From an uncultured Bacteroidales bacterium (GTDB lineage Bacteria; Bacillota_I; Bacilli_A; ML615J-28; CAG-698), in contig CAZFAM010000005.1 of assembly GCA_964516425.1 (NCBI GenBank), forward strand, positions 132-64,131: a stretch of DNA of 64,000 nt, written 5' to 3'. Within the stretch, counting starts at the first letter, position 1. The number at the start of each line of letters is the position of its first letter. The notes below the pieces were generated by a model. It searched no databases. It was not told where the DNA came from and saw only the letters and a list, made by a program, of their open reading frames with translations. Below, one piece after another: positions 40,451 to 51,300 of the stretch. A program made the translations under genes and the position numbers.

Positions 40451-41227
40451 TTACTTCCTTTCAAAAAATTCATTGGTATCCACAAAATAATTATCAATAT
40501 TATTTTTATCCACGTATACTTGAACATATTTATCAATATATTCAGTGACATTTTTCTCAAGATAAACACTATCGCTAATGAACACTAATTCGTCATTTGT
40601 TTCTTCATCTATATAGCTACATGTTAATAAAAATGGATGACGATTAAACTTATTTATTTTTTCATTTTCATCAATATATAAAACTTTAGCTTTATAAACT
40701 ATACCATTGTTTTTTAAATAAATATTAGCCTTTGAATTATTAATTAGAATAAACAAAGAAAATAAACTATAAATTATACATATAGTTCCCAATATAAATG
40801 ATGCAATAATGGCAAAATTATTTCTATTTGTATATTTAAAATCTAATGGATTATTATTGCGAATATAAATATCAACTCTTTGACCAATATGAATATCATT
40901 TGAAAAATACCCAAGTTCCCTAATATACTCTTTTTCTTGATATTCATAAGTAATAATAATAGCAGAGCCAGTATCTTTATCAATAATATTTTTTTCTTTA
41001 TACTCTTCTAATAATTTTTGATATGCTTTTAATTCCTTATCATACTCAGAATCACTACTTTCAGGATAAGTAAGAATATTTGTTACTACAGCTGTAACTT
41101 TTTCGCCATTTACAAAATAACTTTGCATGTATATATTATGGTAAATTCCTAAAAGTATAAAAACTAAACCAATAATAAATATAGTAATGAAAGTAATTTT
41201 CTTTTTTCTTTGTAATATTTGATTCAT
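40451..41227 (-). CDS. Membrane protein, DUF3592-like topology
   Basis: TM helix, beta-rich loop, second TM helix, then a soluble C-terminal domain. The family call is weak. Confidence 0.45.
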   Translation of the reverse strand: MNQILQRKKKITFITIFIIGLVFILLGIYHNIYMQSYFVNGEKVTAVVTNILTYPESSDSEYDKELKAYQKLLEEYKEKNIIDKDTGSAIIITYEYQEKEYIRELGYFSNDIHIGQRVDIYIRNNNPLDFKYTNRNNFAIIASFILGTICIIYSLFSLFILINNSKANIYLKNNGIVYKAKVLYIDENEKINKFNRHPFLLTCSYIDEETNDELVFISDSVYLEKNVTEYIDKYVQVYVDKNNIDNYFVDTNEFFERK

Positions 41228-41235
41228 TTTTATAC

Positions 41236-43062
41236 CTACTTAAATTTAGCATCAAATTTCTTACGATTTACTGTATCTAAAATTTTCTTACGAAGACGAA
41301 TATTTCGAGGTGTAATTTCCACCAATTCATCATCATTAATGTATTCAAGACAAACTTCCAAACTCATTTTACGTGGTCTTTTTAATACTACAGTTGTATC
41401 TTTATTAGCACTTCTTTGGTTAGTCATTTGTTTTGCTTTAGCAACATTAACACTTAAATCTTCTTCTTTATTGCATTCGCCTACTATTTGTCCCTCATAA
41501 ACATTTTCATTTGGTTCTACAAACATTGTTCCACGATCTTCAATTTGACCAATTCCATATGTTGTGGTTGTACCAGTTTGGGATGCAACTAATACTCCAA
41601 GTTTTCTATTTCCCATACTTATTCCTTCAATTGGACGATAATCAAGGAAATAATGACTAATAGAGCCATAACCTTTAGATGCTGTCATAAAATCAGTTGA
41701 AACACCAATTAAACCACGTGATGGAATTGTATATATTAATCTTGACTGTGTATAACCACTTTCCATATTTTCTAATATTCCACCTCTTGCTCCTAATAAT
41801 TCAATAACACTACCTATTGTTTCATTTGGAGTATCAATTTGTGCATATTCATATGGTTCACATTTTACACCATCAATTTCTTTAACAATTGCTTTTGGTC
41901 TTGCAACTTGAAATTCATAACCTTCACGACGCATATTTTCAATTAAGATACCTAAATGTAATTCACCACGGCCAGATACTATCCACTCTTCTCCAGCACC
42001 AATTCTTTCAACTTTTAAACTAACATCTTTTTGAATTTCACGGAATAAGCGATCATTAATTTTCGTTGATGTAACAAATTTACCTTCTTTTCCAGAAAAT
42101 GGTGAATCATTTGTGGAAAAAGTCATTTGAACTGTTGGTTCACTAACATGAATTGCGGGAAGGGCTTCTTCTTTACCAACATTACAAATTGTCTCACCGA
42201 CATATATATCAGGTAATCCAGCAAGTGCTACAATATCACCCGCATATGCTTCTGTTACTTCAGTTTTATTTAATCCTAAAAAGCTATATAATTTTTGTAC
42301 ACGAAATTGTTTTATAGACCCATCAATACGCATGCAACTAACAACTTCATTATTAACGATTTTTCCTCTTCGAATTCTACCAATAGCCATTCTACCAACA
42401 TAATCATTATAATCTAATAATGATCCTTGAAATTGTAAAGAACCATTTACATCACCTTCAGGTGCTGGTATTTCATTTATTATTAAATCAAGTAAAGGAT
42501 TCATTGTTTCTTCTTGTGTTGAAAGATCACTAGATAAACTACTAGTCCCACGTAACGCACTAACATATGCCACTTTAAAATCTGCTTGTTCATCTGTAGC
42601 ACCAAGTTCAATAAATAAATCAAGTATTTCATCAATAACTTCTTCACAACGTGCACTTTCTTTATCAACTTTATTTATAACAACAATTGGTTTTAAATTG
42701 CATTCCAATGATTTTTTTAGAACAAATCTTGTTTGTGGCATTGCCCCTTCATAAGCATCCACAACTAAAACAACACCATCAACCATTGTCATTATTCTTT
42801 CAACTTCACCACTGAAATCAGCATGCCCTGGAGTATCTAAAATATTTATTTTATATCCTTTATAACTTATAGCTGTATTTTTGGCTAAGATAGTTATTCC
42901 TCTTTCTCTTTCTAAATCATTAGAATCCATTACACGATCATCTATATTTTCACGCATTGATAGAGTTTCTGATTTTTTTAATAACTGATCTACTAAAGTT
43001 GTTTTGCCATGGTCAACATGAGCAATGATTGCAATATTTCTTATTTTTTTGTTATCATACAT
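41236..43062 (-). CDS. typA: Translational GTPase TypA/BipA
   Basis: AHVDHGKTT, DTPGHADF, NKVD. ATG 43062 follows AGGTGA; the track's GTG 43071 lies inside that RBS. Confidence 0.95.
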   Translation of the reverse strand: MYDNKKIRNIAIIAHVDHGKTTLVDQLLKKSETLSMRENIDDRVMDSNDLERERGITILAKNTAISYKGYKINILDTPGHADFSGEVERIMTMVDGVVLVVDAYEGAMPQTRFVLKKSLECNLKPIVVINKVDKESARCEEVIDEILDLFIELGATDEQADFKVAYVSALRGTSSLSSDLSTQEETMNPLLDLIINEIPAPEGDVNGSLQFQGSLLDYNDYVGRMAIGRIRRGKIVNNEVVSCMRIDGSIKQFRVQKLYSFLGLNKTEVTEAYAGDIVALAGLPDIYVGETICNVGKEEALPAIHVSEPTVQMTFSTNDSPFSGKEGKFVTSTKINDRLFREIQKDVSLKVERIGAGEEWIVSGRGELHLGILIENMRREGYEFQVARPKAIVKEIDGVKCEPYEYAQIDTPNETIGSVIELLGARGGILENMESGYTQSRLIYTIPSRGLIGVSTDFMTASKGYGSISHYFLDYRPIEGISMGNRKLGVLVASQTGTTTTYGIGQIEDRGTMFVEPNENVYEGQIVGECNKEEDLSVNVAKAKQMTNQRSANKDTTVVLKRPRKMSLEVCLEYINDDELVEITPRNIRLRKKILDTVNRKKFDAKFK

Positions 43063-43071
43063 ATTCTTCAC

Positions 43072-44601
43072 CTATTCAAATTTAATTTCCTTCATATTTA
43101 ATTTTTTATAAAACTCTTTTTCATGGGATACTAATATAACAGTTCCCGGATAAACATCAATAGCTTTAAACAATGATTCTTTAGCTGCACGATCTAAATG
43201 ATTTGTGGGTTCATCTAAAATTAATAAATTCGAACTAGTTAAAGATTGTAAAGCAAATCTAACTTTAGTAATTTCACCACCACTTAATTCTGTCATCGGT
43301 TTAATTGTTAAATCGCCTGTAACAGCATATTTGGCAAGTAATGTTCTAATTTCTTTATCTTCCATTTTAGGATATGTTTCTCTAATATACTCCACAGCAG
43401 TAATATTAGGTATTTTTTCTTCTTGCGAAAAATATAAAATATTATTATATGGTGCAAGTGTAACTTTCCCACCTAATGAAGGAATAAGTCCAAGCATTGT
43501 TTTTAAGAACGTCGATTTGCCAACGCCATTTTTTCCCACAATAACATACTTTGCTCCAAATACAAACTCTAAATTTATATTTTTAAGTATTGGGAAATTA
43601 TATCCAATTGCTAATGAATTAACTTTTACAGCTGGTACATTAAATGATTTTGTAAATTTAAAATCAAAATGGACTTTCTTTTCTTTTTCTGGTTTTTCCA
43701 TTACAACCATTTTTTCTAACATTTTTCTTCTACTTTGAGCTTGTTTAGTGGTGGATTGTCGAACAATGTTTTTTGCAATAAATTCTTCTGTTCGTTTAAT
43801 TTCTTTTTGTTGCTTTTCGTACTCTTTTTGATATGTTTCTAAATTCATTTCACGCATCTTTAAATATTGATCATAATTCCCTTTATATTTCGTCATTACT
43901 TTATTTTCAATAGATACAATTACATCACAACATGAATTTAAAAAATCAAAATTATGACTGATTACGAGAAATGCATTTTTATATGTTTGTAAAAACTTGC
44001 TTAACCATTCAACATGCTGTTGATCTAAAAAGTTTGTAGGTTCATCTAATAATAATGTATCCTTTTCTTCAAGTAACATTTTACCTAAAAATACTTTAGC
44101 TCTTTGTCCACCACTTAATTCATTAAGTTTTCGACCTTCTTCAATATTAATTCCTAAACCATTAATTACATTACCTATTTTTGACTTAATAGCATAATAA
44201 TTATTTTGTTCTAAATATTCTTGGATATTGTAGGCTTTATTTAAAATCTTATCATAATCTTTTTCTTCAGCAGTTGATAAAGAATTATAAAGATTATTCA
44301 TTTCATCTTCTTTTTTAAATAATTCTTGATATACACTATATAAATATTCTTGGATTGTTATATCATCATGCACTACTAAATGTTGGTCTAGATATGAAAA
44401 AGATTTATTATCTCCCCATATAATAGTTCCACAATCCGGAATTAATTTACCCGCAATTAAATTCATAAATGTAGTTTTACCAACTCCATTAGCCCCAACA
44501 ATCCCCACATGTTCACCATCAAATATACGAACACTCAAATTATTGAACAAATCTTTGTCTTTATAAGAAAATCGTAAATTCTCTATTTCCAATACGCTCA
44601 T
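43072..44601 (-). CDS. ABC-F family ATPase (two ABC domains, no TM segments)
   Basis: Two Walker A motifs (GANGVGKTT, GKNGVGKST), two LSGG signatures and a charged inter-domain linker. ATG 44601 follows GGAG. Confidence 0.9.
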   Translation of the reverse strand: MSVLEIENLRFSYKDKDLFNNLSVRIFDGEHVGIVGANGVGKTTFMNLIAGKLIPDCGTIIWGDNKSFSYLDQHLVVHDDITIQEYLYSVYQELFKKEDEMNNLYNSLSTAEEKDYDKILNKAYNIQEYLEQNNYYAIKSKIGNVINGLGINIEEGRKLNELSGGQRAKVFLGKMLLEEKDTLLLDEPTNFLDQQHVEWLSKFLQTYKNAFLVISHNFDFLNSCCDVIVSIENKVMTKYKGNYDQYLKMREMNLETYQKEYEKQQKEIKRTEEFIAKNIVRQSTTKQAQSRRKMLEKMVVMEKPEKEKKVHFDFKFTKSFNVPAVKVNSLAIGYNFPILKNINLEFVFGAKYVIVGKNGVGKSTFLKTMLGLIPSLGGKVTLAPYNNILYFSQEEKIPNITAVEYIRETYPKMEDKEIRTLLAKYAVTGDLTIKPMTELSGGEITKVRFALQSLTSSNLLILDEPTNHLDRAAKESLFKAIDVYPGTVILVSHEKEFYKKLNMKEIKFE

Positions 44602-44696
44602 TACATAATACTCCATCTTAATAATTTATTATACCACAACATCATTATTTTTGCCATAAATTTATGATATTTATAAACGTTTACTAAAATTAATAG

Positions 44697-44725
44697 TTGC
44701 TTTATTATTTGGTTTATGATAAAAT
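44697..44725 (+). promoter_or_regulatory. Promoter of the riboswitch-queT unit
   Basis: TTGCTT, 17 nt, then TGaTAAAAT (extended -10). The predicted transcription start coincides with the start of the aptamer. Confidence 0.6.
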
Positions 44726-44731
44726 AGCGCG

Positions 44732-44773
44732 TGGATGTTCCTTGCATAACCATCCAATTAAAAAACAAGGAGG
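44732..44773 (+). promoter_or_regulatory. preQ1-I riboswitch (translational, sequesters the SD)
   Basis: P1 TGGATG (44732-44737) pairs with CATCCA (44751-44756). Loop is TTCCTTGCATAAC and the A-rich tail is ATTAAAAAAC. AAGG (44767-44770) is complementary to loop CCTT (44740-44743), giving an H-type pseudoknot that covers the SD AAGGAGG. The layout parallels the remembered aptamers AGAGGUUCUAGCUACACCCUCUAUAAAAAACUAAGG and CUGGGUCGCAGUAACCCCAGUUAACAAAACAAGG. It lies directly upstream of queT. Confidence 0.8.
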
Positions 44774-44778
44774 AAAAA

Positions 44779-45264
44779 ATGAATAATAAAATAAAAAACA
44801 TTACAAGATTATCTATTGTTTGTGCAATGTATGTTGTTTTAACAATCCTTAATCCTTTTTCTTATGACACGGTTCAATTTAGAATTTCAGAAATTTTAAT
44901 TTTTTTATGTTTTTTTAGAAAAGACTATTCTATAGCACTTATACTTGGCTGCTTTATATCTAACTTATTTAGTCCATTAATGATGTATGATATCATTTTT
45001 GGAACATTAGCAACAGCATTAGCTTGTATTTGTGTTATGTTTTCAAAAAAATTAATTATAAGTGCCATTTACCCAATTTTATTTAATGGCATTTTAGTAT
45101 CTTGGGAACTTTCTATAGCTTTCCAAACTTCATTTTGGTTTAATGCTTTTTGGGTAGTTTTAGGAGAAAGTGTTGTCATAATAATTGGTTTATTAATTTT
45201 TAGTAAACTAAAAAATAATCAAATGTTTTTAGAACTAATTGATGCTAAACAAAATAATCTTTAA
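44779..45264 (+). CDS. queT: Queuosine-precursor transporter QueT (ECF S-component type)
   Basis: 161 aa, 5-6 TM helices, with motifs VQFRISE and NGILVSWEL. ATG 44779 follows AAGGAGG; the track's GTG 44731 lies inside the riboswitch. Confidence 0.85.
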   Translation: MNNKIKNITRLSIVCAMYVVLTILNPFSYDTVQFRISEILIFLCFFRKDYSIALILGCFISNLFSPLMMYDIIFGTLATALACICVMFSKKLIISAIYPILFNGILVSWELSIAFQTSFWFNAFWVVLGESVVIIIGLLIFSKLKNNQMFLELIDAKQNNL

Positions 45265-45293
45265 AAGGTGCAAGAATATTCTTGCACCTTTTA
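45264..45293. terminator. Bidirectional intrinsic terminator
   Basis: Palindrome AAAAGGTGCAAGAATATTCTTGCACCTTTT between convergent queT and the ABC/FtsX gene. Confidence 0.85.
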
Positions 45294-45386
45294 AATTTAA
45301 CAATATTAATTATTTTAAATTACTTAGTTATTATTGGGTAAATAGTTTTAATAAACAATATCTATTACTACTATTTTTTATATAAA

Positions 45387-47735
45387 TTATTTTAATCGTA
45401 TAACATCAATTGGATTTCTACTAATTGCTTTATGTAAAGAAACATAACTTATTAAAAAATTAACTAAAACTATTACAAGTAGTATAATCATTGCATATTG
45501 ATACCTAAAAACTAATAAACTTATAGTTGATGAATATTTACCTACCAAAACATTATTGGTAGCATTTATAAAAACTATTCCAACAATTAAAGAAATTATA
45601 AATGACATGACAATAATAAAAATGCTTTGCAATAAATATACATTTAGTATTGACTGCTTTTTAATACCAATTGCTCGCAATATTCCATTTTCTTTCTCTT
45701 TTGATTTAACAATTTGCGAAATAATTATTGTATTAATCAAAACAATTAAAAGTATCATTAAAACAACAAATATATTACTAATAAATCTCGCAACTGACAA
45801 ATTGTCTTCGAACGAATTCAAGCGTTCGGTATAATAGTAATTTGCAAAATAGCCATATTTATTATAAATAAATTTTAAAAAAGCATATTGATCATCAACA
45901 GATGATGTTTTTATTAAAATTGAATTATTAATTGTAAAATCATCTATCCTTTTTTTAATTTCTTTTGATATGACTATCGAATCTTGTACTCCAACTATTA
46001 TACCTTTTATAACTAAATTATTTAGTTCTAGTTTTGCATTTAGCTCATTATTTTCTATAATTTGTAAATTAATAGTTTCATTAATGTGCACTGGGCTTCT
46101 TAAAAGATCACCATTAAAATATTGTTCTCCCAAATAATAAATAATATCCGATTTTTCATTAAAAATACTATTATATACATTTAATGAAAGATATATTTCA
46201 TTTTCCATTGGAACTATCTCTGATTGATTTATTATATGCTCTACATCATTAAAATAAGAACTATATAAGACACTATTTATTTCCAAAGTATTTAAACCAG
46301 TAATATTGCTAGTCATATAACCCTGTGATACCTTCAATGTAAACCAGCCATTTTCATTACCTATATTGAAATATGAGTGAGGATTTGTGTACAAACTATC
46401 TTTTGTATGAAAAACTATTTTTTCACTCTTATCTCTTTTTGCTTTATCATATGCTTCAGTATTCGGATTATCAATATCTAAATCATCATTGCCAAAAACA
46501 TAAGTATGATAAACTCCAGCAATATATACTATAGCAGTATTTTTAATATAATATTGGTCTATACTTCCAAAATTAAATTCCTGTTTAAGTACTTCTCTAT
46601 CAGTTAATTTATAATACAGTTTACCTTCTTCAGCAAAGTTATATAGATAATAATCCGGCAAAATTATACTTTCATTATCTATTTCTCGATAATTAGGATA
46701 TAGATCATATCCTATCTCTATTACCTCATCAATTGATTTAATAATCCCATTTCTAATGTATTTGAAATCATCATATTGAATAATATTATTCGCAGAACTA
46801 TCATATATCCATACATTTTCTTGATTTGAAGTAATCAAATATTTCTCTATATAATTATCTTCTATATTTTTAGCATCAATATATGGCCTTTCAAATCCAG
46901 ATATTACAAGTGATAATGATAAGATTGAAAAAGCTAAAATAATAGATACCAACGAAATCATAAATCTAATCTTTTTCTCAAAAATATTTTTTAATGATAA
47001 CTTCAGAATATTCTTTTTAGAAAAACAATATTCATTTGATAAAAATTTCTCATTTTTATGATTTATTTCATTAATTATAATATCATCTATAATCCCCCCA
47101 TCTTCAAGTTTTATTATTCTATCAGCATATTCATGTGCTAAGTCTTCGTTATGAGACACAACAATAATTAATTTATCAGAAGATATTGATTTTAAAATAT
47201 TACAAATATTTTTACTATTCTCTTTATTTAAATTTCCAGTTGGTTCGTCAGCTAATATTATGGACGAATTCCTTGATAATGCTCTTGCTATAGCAACCCT
47301 TTGAATTTCACCACCACTTAATTCATTAGGATAACGTTCCTCATATCCGTTTAAGTTAACCTTATGTAAAATTTCTTTTATTTTTTCTTTTCGTAATTTA
47401 TTATTCTTTTCACAACACACAATGCTTATATTTTCATACACAGTTAAATTAGGAAGTAAATTGAAATCTTGAAAAATAAAACTCATATACTGATTTCGAT
47501 ATTTTTCTAAAGAGGAATTATCTAAAAGTAATTTATCATTATTAATTGATATAGTACCAGAAGTCGGAGTATCTAATCCTCCAATCAAATTTAAAAGTGT
47601 TGATTTACCACTTCCACTAGTGCCTAATATAAATACCAAACCATTTGTTCCAAATGATATATTAATATTTATTAAAGCATTCACTGTATTTTTCTTAATT
47701 GTATAACTTTTATAAACATTATTAAGTATTAACAT
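45387..47735 (-). CDS. Fused MacB-type ABC transporter: N-terminal ATPase plus C-terminal FtsX-family permease with a large extracytoplasmic domain
   Basis: GTSGSGKSTLLNLIGG, LSGGEIQRVAIARAL and ILADEPTG. Then TM1, about 380 aa of extracytoplasmic sequence and three C-terminal TM helices (FtsX 4-TM topology). Confidence 0.85.
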   Translation of the reverse strand: MLILNNVYKSYTIKKNTVNALININISFGTNGLVFILGTSGSGKSTLLNLIGGLDTPTSGTISINNDKLLLDNSSLEKYRNQYMSFIFQDFNLLPNLTVYENISIVCCEKNNKLRKEKIKEILHKVNLNGYEERYPNELSGGEIQRVAIARALSRNSSIILADEPTGNLNKENSKNICNILKSISSDKLIIVVSHNEDLAHEYADRIIKLEDGGIIDDIIINEINHKNEKFLSNEYCFSKKNILKLSLKNIFEKKIRFMISLVSIILAFSILSLSLVISGFERPYIDAKNIEDNYIEKYLITSNQENVWIYDSSANNIIQYDDFKYIRNGIIKSIDEVIEIGYDLYPNYREIDNESIILPDYYLYNFAEEGKLYYKLTDREVLKQEFNFGSIDQYYIKNTAIVYIAGVYHTYVFGNDDLDIDNPNTEAYDKAKRDKSEKIVFHTKDSLYTNPHSYFNIGNENGWFTLKVSQGYMTSNITGLNTLEINSVLYSSYFNDVEHIINQSEIVPMENEIYLSLNVYNSIFNEKSDIIYYLGEQYFNGDLLRSPVHINETINLQIIENNELNAKLELNNLVIKGIIVGVQDSIVISKEIKKRIDDFTINNSILIKTSSVDDQYAFLKFIYNKYGYFANYYYTERLNSFEDNLSVARFISNIFVVLMILLIVLINTIIISQIVKSKEKENGILRAIGIKKQSILNVYLLQSIFIIVMSFIISLIVGIVFINATNNVLVGKYSSTISLLVFRYQYAMIILLVIVLVNFLISYVSLHKAISRNPIDVIRLK

Positions 47736-47752
47736 ATTTTAATTTTCCTTTT

Positions 47753-48349
47753 TTAATCATTTACTTTTACAATACTATACTTAGAATAATTATTTTTAAC
47801 AACAGAAATCATAAGATTAAATCCAGATAAATAAATTGTTTCATTCTCAGTATAAGATGTAATTATTAAATTATATATTGTATGTTCTTTTTTTTCATCA
47901 GTTAAACAATAATATATCCCATATGAATTAAATGAAACGCTATTTTCAGAATAACCATAAGAATCAATTTGATAATTTTCTATATTGCCTATATCTTTTG
48001 ACATATATATTTTTCTATTTTTTTCAAACATATCATCTAATTTTGCATATCCAAATTCTTTATAAATATTATTATTTTTAAATTCATTTAATACATCCAC
48101 AACAAATTTGATTACATCATCATCTTTTGAAACATTCATATAACAAAATAGCATTTTATTATTACTTTTATTATAATAATTTGTGGAATTATCGGGAGCC
48201 AATAAATTATCTAGCCCAAAATTTCTTAATTCTTTATTATTAAAAAAATCAGTTCTTTTAACACATGCTGTCATAGTAAATAATAAAAAAAATAACATTA
48301 ATATTAATATACTTTTTATAAAATTTCTTTTTTTATTCGCTATACCCAT
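47753..48349 (-). CDS. Small lipoprotein, function unknown
   Basis: Lipobox-like FTMTAC. ATG 48349 follows GAGGAAG and overlaps the last 17 nt of the giant gene. Confidence 0.55.
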   Translation of the reverse strand: MGIANKKRNFIKSILILMLFFLLFTMTACVKRTDFFNNKELRNFGLDNLLAPDNSTNYYNKSNNKMLFCYMNVSKDDDVIKFVVDVLNEFKNNNIYKEFGYAKLDDMFEKNRKIYMSKDIGNIENYQIDSYGYSENSVSFNSYGIYYCLTDEKKEHTIYNLIITSYTENETIYLSGFNLMISVVKNNYSKYSIVKVND

Positions 48350-51300
48350 ATTCTTCCTCTGATGCATATCTTCCTTGATTAGTTCTACCAATTCCTAAAA
48401 AGCCTCCAACTTTTATTAAGTTTTCATAATTACATGTGCCACTACATACACTTCCAGAAAGTGTAACAGTTGAATCTTTATATCCGATAATTTGTCCCAT
48501 ATAAGGTGCTAACTCTTTACTATCTGACTGTGAACTTGAAAACATAATTAACCCATAATTTTTGCAATTAGTAAATGTTGAAGACACTGTTGCCTTACCT
48601 ACTATTCCGCCAGTATACCCATTACATGATCCATCCCAATAATTATATAAATTAGCATTATTTATACAATTAGAAAAACTTCCGCTCATCGACGCTCCAG
48701 TTATCCCACCCATTGAACCATAACTATATATTTTCAATTTATTATTAGATTCACCAGCAGTACAATTGGTGAAATTCGAATTGTTACAAAAACCGACAAG
48801 TCCTCCAATATATGATTTAGAATTATTATAACTAGCACCCATAGTACCAGATTTAGCCACACAACCAATAAAATTAGAATTAGAAGCAAAGCCACAAATT
48901 GATCCTATACAAACACTTCCACTATTACTTCCTGAAAATACAGTAATATTTGAAATGTTTAAATTACTAAATGTAGCATTATCAACAGATTTAAATAATC
49001 CATAATCAATATTTGATGATATAATTTTCATAGATAGATTACTAATAGTCTTACTGTTTCCATTAAAATTTCTTTTAAAACAAGTTTCAATTGGTTGCCA
49101 ATCTTCAGAAATTATTATATTTTCAGTAAGTTTAAAATAACCATTGATATAATATGACTCATAATACGAATCAAACACAACAAATTCTCTAATATTATTT
49201 AATTCCCTAAAAGATGATATCAAATATGGTGATGATGAAGTTCCATTACCATTTTGAATGAAACCTTTTTTAGTAATAGTATTTGATGTATATGCAAAAA
49301 ATTCAGAATCTGAATCAATATAGTAAGTCTTACAATTAGAACCATTTTTAAAGGTAACACTATATATAGAAATTTCTAAATTTCCAACTTTATAATATGT
49401 TGAAGGAGGGACTAACTTAGCAGAGCTAAAACTTGTTGATGTAAAAGATTGAAGTTCACTATGGTTATTCTTATCTTTCATTATTAATGTAACTGTGATA
49501 CTTTCTCCTGAAATTGTTGTTGATGCACCAACATCAATTATAACTGAATAATCAAACTCATCTGATGTATTAATTAAATTTATATCAATATAAGGATTTA
49601 CAGATACATCAATTTTTTGGGTAGCAAACGCAATATCACCATCGAAAGCTTCTATACAAAAAGAAAGATAAGTTGATCCATCCCAGTTAAGATTCGCATT
49701 AGATTTTAAAGTAATATCATATGCATAGCCATCTTCCACGGCATTATACTCAAAATAATTTAGATAATTACTTTCAAATTTTAAACTTCCCTTTAATTGA
49801 TGGCCATTATGATAGTATGAAACTCGAATTTTATCATTTCCAGATCTATTCATATTTACTATTCTATCACTATTTATTATCCCATCAACTGTCCAATAAT
49901 AATTAGAAATTTCAGCTGAAATAGAAATAACTTGTGGATTCAATAATTTATTTTTAATTCCAATATATATTACTTCTCCTTCTATTAATGGAATAGAATA
50001 TAAGTTCCCGTGTTTCGCATTAACACTATCGATTCTTTGTACATAGCAGTATAAACTTGAATACATTTCTACGTTGGGATAAAAATTACTTACCTCAGTA
50101 GCAGTTAATTTAAATACAAATGTATTTGTAGAAGGTGCAACAAATTTAAAATAATTATAATTGTCGCCTATTGTTACTGATAAAGAACTATTGTATATTA
50201 TATCATCCAGCGATTCTGTTGTCAAATTAACACTTTGATTAGTTGATTTAGTATTTTTTATTTTTAAATAATATATTTGGTTTTCATTAAAACAATGTGC
50301 AACGGTTTCTGCACTATTAGTTATTTTTTGGTATGAATTATTTAAAACTTCAATTATTATATTATTATTATTTGTTTTATATTTTATTATTTTATTTGAA
50401 GTTTCTTGAACCATAATATAAGTAGTTTCATATGAAGATAAAGTATAATTTACATTAATAAAATCATCAACAAATGGAAAAACTATTGAAAAACTACCAT
50501 TATAGTTTGTCCCATTGTTATGTATATATATATTATAAGTTTTATCAGCATCTAAATTTACGAAATCATTTACATTATGCTCACTAATAAAATTCGAATC
50601 TGTATCTTGAAGCAAAATTATTAAATCATTATTTGAAAAATTTAATTTAAATTGTGAAGAAACAGGTGGAGTAAACGTATACTTTATAGCATTTATTCTA
50701 TTGGAAATTGTTTTAACTTCATTAATCAAGACATTCCCCATATTAGTTGCAATGCTACCATAAGTTAATTCTGACATTATAATTGATATAATTTCTGTAT
50801 CTCTAGCCTCTAAATTATGCGGGATTGGTACATTAACTTGACTAACTTTAGAATAATTCGTATTATCTGAAAAGAAAATTTTCTTTTTCTCTTTAAAACC
50901 ATTAAATCCCGATGCAATTTGTGATTCGTAATCAATAAATAAATCATCTTTAATTACCAATTTACCATAATCAAGATAACAATTATTAAAAATTGTTTGT
51001 ATCTGTTCTCTATCTTCTAATGTTGTATCATCCGAAAAAAAATTAACAATATCGATACCAAAATCAACAACCCTAAAGATTCCATTAACAACTTCCGGGT
51101 GCTCATTTATATATTGAGTAATTCCGTTAGCAGCCAAATTAACAATAAAGAATTTTACTTTTTCAAAAAATGAAGCATCACATGAATCAATTTCTAAAAG
51201 ATTGTATAATTCATCATTTACATAACCTCCCGCAAATAATTCTTCTAAATAATCTGATGAAGTACAACTACCAATAGCTACTGCATTAATATTCGCATTA

